Positions 13,850-25,885 of a stretch of 64,000 nucleotides of DNA are shown here, in pieces. The stretch's first letter is position 1. Each line of letters starts with the position of its first letter. Below the pieces are notes generated by a model that saw nothing but the letters and a program-made list of their open reading frames with translations, did no database searches and was not told the origin of the DNA. A program made the translations under genes and the position numbers. This DNA is from Rhina ancylostomus (Eukaryota): NCBI GenBank assembly GCA_030265395.1, contig JARFYF010000063.1:89112410-89176409 (forward strand). Reading direction: 5' to 3'.

Positions 13850-14210
13850 ATAAAGTACTTTTGAAGTGCGGTCATTGTTGTATTAGGAAGCACAGCGTCC
13901 AATTTGTGCTCAGAAAGGTGTCACACACAGCAATGAGATAATGATGTGTTGTTAATTGACCTATAAAGATTGCCCTGGACAACAGAGCGAACATCCCTGC
14001 CATCCTTCAAGATGATGCCATGAGACCATTAACATCCACCTGAGAGAACAGATGTCACATTGGAAGAATGAAATATTGGTCATGGCAATGTTCCCTCAGT
14101 ACTGCAGTGGACACATCTGCCTGGAATTTGTGTATAAATCTCTGTGGTGGGACAAACCCATATCCTTTGTAAATCTGAGACTATAGTGCTAGCACTAACT
14201 CATGCCCAAC
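13850..14210 (-). mobile_element. Deu-domain SINE
   Basis: gccatgagaccattaacatccacctgagagaacaga...ttccctcagtactgcagtgg is the reverse Deu core. Confidence 0.65.
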
Positions 14211-14651
14211 ACAGAATCCCCACTTTGATTAATGAAGAGCTTCAAACACAGTGTAGTGCAAGTGGTAAATCCTGAGTACAAAATAACTCAGCCCATACCA
14301 AACAACAGTAGTTGCATAATTTGCAGCAGATGATCTAGAAGAATTAGGACTGAGAAATTGAAGAGGTGTGTGCAACCAGAGGCATATTAACCACGATCTT
14401 TGCACAATTTCTTGTATCAATGCATTTATGAACAGTAGTTCTATAGAGCAAAGTAGAAGTGACTACAAAGAAAGTTGCCAAGAAATATCTAACAATCTGC
14501 GACATGAATCTGTGGCCCCCTTTCTGATGTCTTTTATCATCAGGAGTCAGCTCAAGAGGTTCCTAGATAACCAGCAGTTGTGATATTATCAAACTGATTG
14601 AACAGCCAGTCGTATTAAAGAATTAAACAAAAAATTAAGAATGAAAGATAA

Positions 14652-15096
14652 TTTTTTTAATTGAAGAAATATCAGTCCAGTTTTTTTTCAAGTTTTTGTT
14701 TTTTTTGGTTTATTATCAATTTTTTTTTTGAGTTGGGGGTTCTTTTCTCATATAATTAAATCTCTTTTCAATCTTTCCTTTTGTATTNNNNNNNNNNNNN
14801 NNNNNNNNNNNNNNNNNNNNNNNNNNNNNNNNNNNNNNNNNNNNNNNNNNNNNNNNNNNNNNNNNNNNNNNNNNNNNNNNNNNNNNNTCTCATATAATTA
14901 AATCTCTTTTCAATCTTTCCTTCTGTATTATGTTCACTGAATAAAAGAGTGGGAGGTCTAGATGACTTTTTTCACTCCTTGTGATAATATATATTAACTG
15001 TTATGATTGTTTCCTGATCTCTTTGCATCATATGTATATTTACCAATGTTATATATATTATTTTGTACTAATTTGAAAATAAAAAGATTGAAAAAG
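14652..15096 (+). mobile_element. 5'-truncated retro-insertion (L1-like 3' UTR) with a 15-bp target-site duplication
   Basis: AAGAATGAAAGATAA occurs at 14637-14651 and 15097-15111. The body is T-rich and ends in aataaaaagattgaaaaag. Confidence 0.7.
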
Positions 15097-18000
15097 AAGA
15101 ATGAAAGATAAGCACAATTTTTAGCTAATACTTTAAACAATTCACAGCCAGTAAAATAAAGATTGGAACATTTTCATTGATTAAGGTAGAGGTTGAAATA
15201 TCACAAATAAACCTTAATTACAATCTATTTTACAATCCATTATGTCGTGAAATATTTATGCAATGAAATTTACAGAAATAAAATTACTGTTTTAGGGACA
15301 GAGAACTTGCCAAATTGTAATTACGACTTAATACTCCATCTAAAACTGACTTAGACTTCATGCAACAAAGCAAACATTTTCAATGTATTTTACAGCACAA
15401 CTAGTTTGTAAATAGTGAAGATCTTGTCAAATTAACTTGATTTCAGTCACAAAGGTTGAAAAGCAATGCAGCCTTCGGACAGTTGGTATCACTCAGAGCA
15501 ACTTTGGGATTGCAATATTAAACACTGCTTGTGTGAAAATCTCACAACCACAGGTACAACGGCAGCAAATACTATTTCACTGTCACCATAACCTCAAATC
15601 CAAGCTACAAAGCAAGTACTGCCAATGTTCTAGCCGTTCTCTGCAAGAACCTGCTGTACCTGAAAACACCACTCTTCTGAGCATTACCATTATTCCCAAT
15701 AAAACAGACAATACCAAAGTTGGTGCACTGGAATAAACTGTAAAGATGAGAAGAAAGCACAATGAAAGGCACTGAACATCGATGGGACAAGACTGCCAGG
15801 TACTAGGATTGATATGGGGCCAATTAGTACCTGCTGAGAATCTGCTTCTAGGTCAAGTGGACCACCTTTGCAATGAGGAGGCTACTTGCTTCATGCTCAC
15901 TGCTTCAGATGATGGCCTGAGTTACACAGGGGGTGTCCAATACATTCAACANNNNNNNNNNNGTACTTCATCCTAACTCTGAGCGTGTGGCCGCACCTGT
16001 GGTATTTGCAGTAGAGACCTGAGTTACACAGGCCAAAGCCACAGCATAGCATCCCTCATGAATGCTCGCCTTGTTGCTATAGTGACTTTGAGGTCTAAAA
16101 TTCAAGGAAGAAATTCCAATGTAGACTCCTTCAACTTCCCTGGAGAATTGTTACAGCCAGCCATGAGAGTTTCCAAGATCAATATGCATCATGATGAGAT
16201 GCTCTCTGCCAGTAGCGTATGGAAAGTAGTATAACATAGCTCGTTGGGCCTCATGTCAGTGCTCACCCTACAGACGTGCAGAATTCTGAATGCATGAAGT
16301 CCAATAAAACAGCAGTAAAAGAGATCCCTGGTAATAAGGTAAGTCATCAGGTCTAGAGATCCAGCAGCTAGTGTGCCTGCAGCTTGCTGGTTAGTTATGC
16401 TCCTATCCACCAGTGCTATCAAGGGACAAACTTAATCATGCATACAGATAATGAACACAAAGATTTAATGAGTTCCACACTTCTTTCATTCTTCTGGTGA
16501 TAACTTTTAAATCTTCTCCTCTCAAAATCAATAGTGATAATCTTAACCCAATCCATTGAGGTTAATGGAGCATAAATTTGTGCTGGGAGTAAACTAGGTA
16601 TGTAAATTCCTCCTGTTCCCCACCAGACAGATTGGGTCAAAGTTACTATCCCACTCCCATAAATTGTGGTACCTTGGAGTAAAGTACTATTGCAGCTCAC
16701 AATTCAGCTGTAGATTAGTGATGATTTCAAACAACCTTCATAAAGCCTCTCAAAGCAAAGCAGGCTTTGTCATTCATTTCAACTATTGCAATATAGCCAG
16801 ATGGGAGTACGAGTTGCCAAAAATGGGCAAAAGGAAGTTAACACTTTTGACCAACATTTCCAAAACTCATACCAACATTAGAGAAGATTGATGGTCTATG
16901 ACCCAGAATTTTCTTCCCTTCACTGCTAAAGGTGGAAGTCACATACTCTGAGTATAACGCTTGATTTCTTTAGTACTCTACACCTTATACCACTGAATAT
17001 CCATTTGCAACAAAGGTGATCCTTACTAATATTATGTTATCAGGGCTAACTGCAGTTAGAAATACATCCACAGATATTTTGGGTAGAGAATTCCAAAGAT
17101 TCAATCCACTTTGAGTGAAAAAATGTTTCAATGTTTCAACCAACATAGCCAGCCTCTTCTCCTGAGATGGTGACCCCTGGTCCTAGACCTCCAGAAAGGT
17201 GGAAACAGCTTCTCGCCTCTTAGTCAAAATTCCAGAGGATACGTCTGCTCAGGTGCAATTTATAAGACAAATGACAAACACATAGCTGAGAATACCAGTA
17301 GCAAGGATTTTTCAAGACATGTGCTCCAACTGTGTAGGTTGAAAGCAAACTCTGACCACCCATGCTCAACATACTGAATAAGCAAAGGCATATAGGCTTC
17401 AACAGAAGTTCCCAGAAGAATAGTCTGCGAAAATGTTCCCTACACAGAGAACCCAGAAGAGCATAGCCAGTGATTGAAGAGGAAACCATGGTAACCATTT
17501 ACCTAGGCATGAGAGCTGGTGCTTCCAAAAGTCTGAGACCAGATACACTCAATCATCCCTTAGAAAAGGAGCCACCCTTACACCACCACTGCAAACTGGG
17601 ACAAAGTTAGCACTGGGAGGTAATGCTAAGCACAAGTCCAAAAAAAACTAACAGGATGTAAACCTTTTATGTTACAAGAACAAGATTCCATATCATTTAC
17701 AGATAGCCTCTGCTATAGTCCGGGGGCACTTTCATCTTACAAGCAATCTCATATAAAATTAGCTGAAAGAATTCTAATTATCAGTTTAGGTCTGTCTGCT
17801 GGCAAAGCTCTCACTGTGAAGGTGTGTGTGAGCCCCCTTCCAGGACTTAAGAACCTTATTCAAACTGATAGTTAGAAGTACAATATTGAGGGAATGATGC
17901 ATTTTCAGAGTTAATGTCCCTCAGATGAAACTTTAAACCAATATCCTGCTTCCCTGTTTCCCTAACTCACTGCATCACAGTTTACCCCTATCATCTCAAA

Positions 18001-18119
18001 GACAATTCCAGATACATCACAAATTCCAGCCTTGCCAGCAATGCTTATACCTTATAACTTAATTTTTAGGGGAAAAAAAACTTTTTTTCGCAACACCTCC
18101 CAAACCCATGACCCCCACC

Positions 18120-18365
18120 ATACGAAATACAGTCAACCAGATAGGAACACCAATACCTCACAATCGCCTTCCAGTCACCGTCTTGACTTGGAAATATACT
18201 GTCAATCTTTTGTCAGCAGTGGATGTTCCGATGCTCACTGCCCAGCCTCATGGGAGTGTCTGCAGTGCTTCAAGAAGGCAGCTCACCATCAACTTCTCAA
18301 GGCCATTTAGGGATATCAGTACTAGGTCCTGCCAGCCATATCCACATTCCATGAACGAATAAATC
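18120..18365 (+). mobile_element. CR1-type LINE 3' end
   Basis: LQCFKKAAHHQLLK remnant followed by the typical tail. Confidence 0.65.
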
Positions 18366-19679
18366 AAGTTGTTAAAGACCCTGTGGCAGTATTCAAAAAG
18401 CCTCAAAATCTTCTGATATTCTGGTAAACGCTTCTCCCACTAGCAACATCACCAAAAATACTTGTAGCTGAAGCCTGTTTTTTACCATTTAAATAAAAAG
18501 CAATTGTGCAATTATTTGGCTATGAAGTCCTATGAACTCATTCACAATTACTAATTCTTTCTTTAAAATGATTAATCCTCCTAATATTAGAAACAAACCA
18601 CCATGAATGGTCTGTGCATCTCAGGATGTTATTGTGTTTATTATTAAGTAATATTACTTATTATTGTAATTACATACATTTTACAATAGCATCCATAAGG
18701 TGGAAAACTTTCTATAGCACTAAAAGGTGGATGGAAAAGAGATAGAAACAAATAGAAGCAAAAACAATGGTATTCTCATGGATGTCGTGTCGAGAAAGGG
18801 CAATGCATGAGGGTGATGTGGATGATCATTTGGACACCGCAGAGTGGTCAAGAAAAACAAGACAGAATAGTGGGAATGGGGATCACAGAGACTGCCACCA
18901 GTGATTTTTGACCAAGAGTAGTGAAATTTGCATCAAGAATAAACAGAAGTTGGACAGTGGAGTAATCAGGGTGCAGAAAGCAGGACTCATAGAGCAGATA
19001 TAATCACGTTTACAAATCGTATCAAGTTGTTAATGCAATATATTAAAAATATATACACTGTAAATAAAGAACTAAGAATCCTTTATAATCCTTATCACCC
19101 TGTCTTATATTCCTTATCACCCATTGACACTTGTTGCAAATGCATGAAACATAATAACCCAATATGTACTAAACAAATTCAGAATTCCCTCTTCCAATAA
19201 TCCAAAGGTAAGGTGCTTTGACTGATAAATGCAGTTTCAGATCACATAAAAAAATGAAAGCTTATTATATGAAGCTTAAAATAACCCCTGCACCCTGTGA
19301 ATCATCTTCAGCCATGTCATCAGCATGTCCGGTAATCAGATAAGTATTGGATCCACTGTATTTTGATTTGATTTCTACAATTACACTTTGATACATGTCA
19401 CATTGCATGTGCAGTGTGCTTCCTTTGTTACTAATATACTATTCTACCATATTTCCATCATCAACTGAACATTCAAAAATCCAATGGAGAACAAAAAGTG
19501 TTTACCAACAAGAAAGATTTCCAAAGGATAAGTTTAATTATTGTCTACTTCAAAAAGTGACGGCTGACTTAGTGAGAGGCAATGTTGTTTAACACAGTGC
19601 CATCTACCTTAATCTACCTGTAGTTGTACTGGGGTTATACTAAAAAAGCAAATGGAGCATTTAAATCTAGAAAGCCAAG

Positions 19680-20020
19680 AAGAGGAGAAGGCCATTATGA
19701 CCCTCATGCACATTCCATTATTCAAATAAATCCTAGCTTTTCTGTGTTTAACTCCTGCATCCATTCATCTGGGCAAAACCTCTTTGATTAACAAAATTAT
19801 ATCATCCTTACATTTAAGATTAACAACTGACCTATCATCTAACACCATTTGTAGAAGCAAGTCCTAAACTTCTACCACCATTTAGAAGAGTTTCCCAACT
19901 TTACTCCTGAAAGGCCTAGGTCTGATTTACAGACCAACTTCCCAAACAACGCAATTGTTTTTTTCTCTAGCAATCATTTCAGTTCATCTTTGTATTTTGA
20001 AAATTTCAATCATATCTCCT
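19680..20020 (-). mobile_element. Highly decayed CR1 3' fragment
   Basis: Layout gaggagaaggccatt...ctaaacttctaccacc...tttcccaactttactcctgaaaggcctagg is similar to the other inverted CR1 ends. Confidence 0.45.
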
Positions 20021-23000
20021 TAGAATGAGCTTTGTGATGATGTTAATATTTGCTTCCTAAAGTTTCCTATGCTTTATTGTATTCCTATCACATTATTTGG
20101 CAAATTCAAATTTAAATGAAAGTACATCACTCAATAACAAATGAACAGACTAGCAGAAATCATATGCAAGTCAGAATTTCACTCTATATAAGCTTGTTGT
20201 AAGCTAACAGAGTGTATTTGCCAAAATATTATTTTTATTGCTGTGAGTTATCATTCAAAATTACACATGCAGATAAAATATTTTGCTTAACTTGTAATTC
20301 ACGATGAAAATTGCTGTGTTCCTAACATACTCATTTGGCCTGGTAAAAATGGTAAATATGAGTCTGGAATTATTTTGATTATTTTTGTTGGCCATTAAAC
20401 AAATGACAGATAGCAAATTACACAGCAAAGTATGATGTATTTATTTTGATTAGACTACATCAGCAGAATTAGAAGAGCATTTTGAAAACTAGACCACTTT
20501 TATGAAGAGTGGTGCAAGAATGTACATGTTATTTGTACATGAAAGCTTGTCATAATTTACTATATATATATTTTACTCTACGAGTAGAAAAAGTAAAACA
20601 ATCACAATGAACATCAAAATACGAATAAACCATCTTGAAACATTAATTGGCAAGAGTTACAAAGCATGTAAAATGTTTGCACCATAATCTGTAACACAGA
20701 TACCTATTCATTTCCATATAAATAAAGAGAGCATTCCCTTTAATAAAATTAAAAATATAAAAACAAATCTCCAACCAACAACTTAACATTATAAAGACTT
20801 TGTCCTTTACATGGACAAATACAGTGGCCACAACTATTACACCAAGCTCTGTTCAAGCTCCGTTCTCTACCAATTCAATTTCAATCTGTGCAAATAAGGT
20901 CCATACAACTGTGCAGTTCCAGCTTCCTGGCAAGGTTCAATTATGTGGCAATTTTTTCATCCACTACCAGTTTGATGAAGAAATCTAAATCATTGTGCCA
21001 AACTGATTCCTGAACTTTTAAATTTATTCATTGTTAACTGTTACCCTACAAACTACACTGAAGTTCAGCTGAACACAGTAATCTACTGATATCTAAGAAT
21101 TAAAGAAGCAATATTTATGGTAATGTTTATACTCTGTAACTAAAGCTATATGCAGTGCAAATAGACCCAAGTGATAAACATATTGATTAAGACTTTTAAC
21201 TAGCAACTGACCAATGGTAATAATTTCAACACGTTTTTTTCTTAGCTGTGCAAGTTATTGTGAATATCTCCTGCACTTACGGTACAGATGTCTCAAGAAT
21301 GTGCCAGATTGCCACATACTAGTATCCCTTTTATCAAATTAGACAAATTTTACACAAGCTTTTGAAAACCGCATCAGATGAAAGCAGGATATTAAGAAAG
21401 TAGGTTTGGGTTATTGGAAGCAAGCCCTCTTAGACCTAGGCTCTACGATGGTCCGCACTCTGGGACAGATTGCTTTCCAAAATGCAGCCTGAAGCTATTT
21501 TTCTTGTCATATGCTGCTATGTAAGCTTTACATATACAACATAAATTGTTTTTTTTTACTTTCTGTTATTTTAATTATCGCCCAGTATTTTCAACATGTA
21601 CCTGATAATAACCAGATGTGACCAGTGTACCATGAAGCATTGTGCTCTATGCTACCTTCCACAGTGTGTGACAAATTTAGAAACATTGTGCAAACTAGGT
21701 CTTCTGGATAATGCTTCAGAGAACAAGTTCTATAACACATAACGCAATACTTTGTGCGTAATTATACACCATGGCAATTTCCCAATTTTACCTTTCATCC
21801 AAAAATACTGTAACTTACTGGCATCCCATGAGCTTTGTATCATTCTTTTTTAAGGATGAGGTAAATTTAAAAGATTTTTAACTGAACTCACCTAATTAAG
21901 AAATGCACAATGAATTTGTTCCCTTTTTTCAGACTAAGACTAAACCTTTTTTTCCTGAAGGAATTTTGTTTGAAAAGTAAACATTTAGAATCTAGATTTA
22001 CTATTTTTAAGTTCACAAGTCATGAGTCAACCTTCAAAAGCAAGAACTCAAATACAGACAGCACCAGTTACCAAATAGATAACAGACTTCTACAGAAAAA
22101 AATACCGTAAGACAAATGCTGCAGATTTTGGATCAATAGTTTTAATTTAATAAGGTACAATTGTGTACTCTCAGTTTAAAATATAAGGAAGCCTGCAAAG
22201 AGAAATGGCCAATTATCCCTTTGAGGCTGCTCTTTTCAATATACTACATACAATTTGCACTACATAGAGTCTTTCTAACATACTTAACTTCCTGAAAGTG
22301 AATAACCACGGGTAAAACCTCTATAGCCCGCAATGGCAATTAAACTAAACTAAAATATCAGTCTTGCAATAAGACCTATATCATTCAATACAGAGCTGTA
22401 TAATGCAATATAAGACCAGCAACTGACCAGAATGTAGATTTTACTTAAATCTTTGCAAAATTAAAGACACAATTATGCAAGTTTGGTTAAAAAAATCATT
22501 CTATTTTACTTCCCAGCTAGATTTTGAATTAAAAATTATATTGAATAGTGCCTTAAATGTAAAATATCCAACTTAAAAAGACTGGCACAGACTATTTTTA
22601 TTTGTTACATCTACATGATTGCATTGTGACCTATTCTACATTTCAATTTTTTCCTTCACAAAATGTCATAAAAATAATTATGTTGTAAAAGATTATTAAT
22701 AAGAAACAATGCCTTTGCTTTGACCTGTTCAGCCTGTAAAAACTGGATAACTGTAGCACTGATCGCAGAATATCTTCAATTCAAAAAGTAGCCAAGAAGC
22801 TGCAAACTGCACAGCAAGAAACATCCCGCTTTGGATAATAAAATGTTGCAAGTATGTGGTCTGTCTTACAAATGTCATATTGAAATTTCTTAATTTTGTG
22901 ATCTACCCATGAAAGTTTAAAATAAAAAAAACAAAGCACCAATCATCATGTGTGAATGTTTATATCTCTGAACAAGATCAGATCACAACAGAAAATGGAA

Positions 23001-25679
23001 AACCAAGCAAGCATGAAAATGAATACTGAGATATGGTGCAAACTTAGCGAGAAAAAACAATGACTAGGTTTGCTACCATGAAATAATATACAAGAGATTA
23101 AAAAAAGCAATCTGAGGAATAACTTTTGTAGCAAATTAAGTATTAAATGAACAAAGATGTAAAATGAACACAGTTTATGCAGACTGTTGTCTCCACTGTG
23201 CTGTGAAAATTAGCAGCGGAACACCACTTTTTCAACAAAATACTTTCCATCATTGCAAGCTGCTCCACACCCCAGCTCCTTCTCCTTTAGACATACTTTG
23301 ACAAAAACTAATAAATAATAAAATAGAAATACACCACCACACAAGACAAACACTTTTATGCATATTTAACTGTACTGTCAACATTCAGATATCCTAAATA
23401 TAAAATAAAACTCTGAAATATTCACCCAAACCCTTATCAAATTGGGAAGACAGTCAAATTAGAACATGTCACTATGTTTTTCAAAAAAAATGCAGAAATA
23501 CAAGGCAGATCCAGAAATGATTCCATTCAAAATCAGTTTTAATTTCAGGCTTTTAACAAATAATAACATTCTCTGATTAGAGTTCAAATAGACTACCACG
23601 TGTATCTATCTGTTTCAAAACCTTTCAGTTATATAGTGAGGTCCACTCACTGTTTAAGTATGATATCACATGATAACTCCATGTGGAATTCTCCAGCTAA
23701 TATGCAAACACATTACTCGAGCAAAAGCTCTAAATATTTCACAAACCATCATCCTTCTTGCTCTGATTATAAACTTGTATTTGCAGTTCTGAAACTAATA
23801 TTTACCATCTGATTCTTTTAAAATTTTATTTCTCAAAATAATATCTAAAAATGGCATAAATTTTCTATAAAACAAACATTATAATATTGTTGGAAAGAAA
23901 AAATATATTTATATTTTATTATCACTATTCTAGTTAATAGTCAATTCCCATAAAAACTCCACAAAGTGTAAAATGCAAGGACTTTCAAAGCAGGGAAACA
24001 AATTACAATGCAACAAATAATTTTAATAATATTTAGCCACTAGAATAAATAAAAAGTTTAATTATAATTTTACAGTTAACATATATATTCAACCAAAAAG
24101 CTAACATTCAAGACTAATCTAAATGTCTATGTGTGATCTCAGCTGCTAACTACCTACTAACTATAATGGGGAAAATGTCTTAATTTTAGAGTTCCTTACA
24201 ACACAATTTTCTGGGGATTTTATAAAATAAAATAAATAAATAAGTAGGGAGAAAACAGAAAAAGAAAGAATGAAAGACCATTCATTTGGAATAAAATAAC
24301 TACTGGAAATAGAATAATGGAGCATATATAGTTAAGAACCATTTGAAATTATTTGCTACCTGATATAAGATAGAATATAATTTATTCCATGTCTTTGAGA
24401 TGATATATTTTTACAAGGATTATTCTATGTTTTCCTTCAGCCATACATGGGCTGTGTAAACTAGACTTCAGGTATTTTATATCAGTTTAAGCTTACGGAT
24501 TTTGCACAAAATCAAGAGGCTACAAATCCATACTTGTTCAATAACTCACTGGGAAAATAAATAGTAATTAAACCAAAGCACATCTTATAAATTTATCCAA
24601 TTATCGCTGAACAAAACTGTAACCACAAAGTCACAAGAAAACTTTTGGAATATGTGACAATGATGTATTTAAGTACACAGAAAAACTCTCATTAAAATTA
24701 ACTAAAACCTTTATCACAACTGTAATTATCTTATATCACTAAAGTTATCATTGTGCATTATGTTAATAAAATTCATTGCGAGAGACATTCATTTCCCCTT
24801 GTGCGTTATTGTAATTTCTTCATTGTTAAAACACTATTGAGTATTCAAACATTCCATTACGTAGACACATTAGAAAAGTTGGAACTTCACTTCCAATAAT
24901 CTACAATTAGGATATACTCTGTCATACCAATCAAGAGATCCTATATACATTCAATTCCATGATCAGTGGATCTTAATAACCCTCTGTACTACATCGCATT
25001 ATTCTACAAAGCACAGCAAGTTGAAACATTGGAAAAGGTGAATAAAAATCAAGAAGACTTTAAGTTGTCTAATAAATATATTATAGGTACAAATTCTGAC
25101 TCAAACCCCTGCTGACCTTCTTAAGGCACATGAGTTTTATTCTTGTGATTTATGTCATCATTAGAACTGTTAGATTGAACTATTCAATACCTAAAGCATA
25201 TTATGCAAATCCAATTCATGCTAAATGTTAAAACATTTTATTAACTGACATCACAGAACGAGGCCAACTTAAGTATATTTGCTCTGTAGACTTGTGTTTA
25301 TCTTCTCTATACAACCCAGTAAAAAAAAGCTTTTGCAGGTACATTCCATGCAATGCAGCAATGATCATTATCAGAATATTATGTTCTCTGAAAACACTAT
25401 TGACTTTTATTTCTGAAAAAGTACAACATGCCATGCCAGGATAGAAACTTCAATGAAGAATGGGCCATCGACTGGAGCAAGCTGCTGAAGGCCAAGTGTG
25501 AAATATACAGGGAGAGTGGGGAAGTTCAACAATCCAGGGGCAAGTGTGAGAACAAGGCTAGAGACAAGAGTCAGATTGGGAGAAGAAACAGAGTTATCTA
25601 GGCAGTGAACACTACGGCCACAGTCAACTAACTGACCCTTGTCCTATCAGCAAGACATGGAGACACAAGACAGGGCCTG

Positions 25680-25885
25680 CCACTGGAGCAATGGGCAATG
25701 TGATGTCACATGGCAGTGCCAGCCAATGCAACAATGGGCAGCATGAGGTCATGTGGCATTCTCAGTAATTGCTACAGCGAGCAAGATGGGTCAAATTGTG
25801 GTGCCAATCATGTACCAATAGGCAGGATGGGTCACATGGCAGTACCAGTCACTGCATCAACCGGTAGGATGGGACTCCCATGCCC
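25680..25885 (+). repeat. Degenerate ~42-bp tandem repeat, about 4-5 units
   Basis: Recurring unit g(g/a)gtcacatggcagtrccag.ca.tgca.caa..gg.aggat. Confidence 0.65.

Noticed and set aside
15780-16420. Coding-looking GC-balanced stretch (also 17220-17640 and 58640-59000) as MEIS1 exon 7 or another gene
   Set aside because: It does not match the exon 7 peptide, has frequent stops and lacks consistent splice sites. It is probably unclassified old transposon debris.
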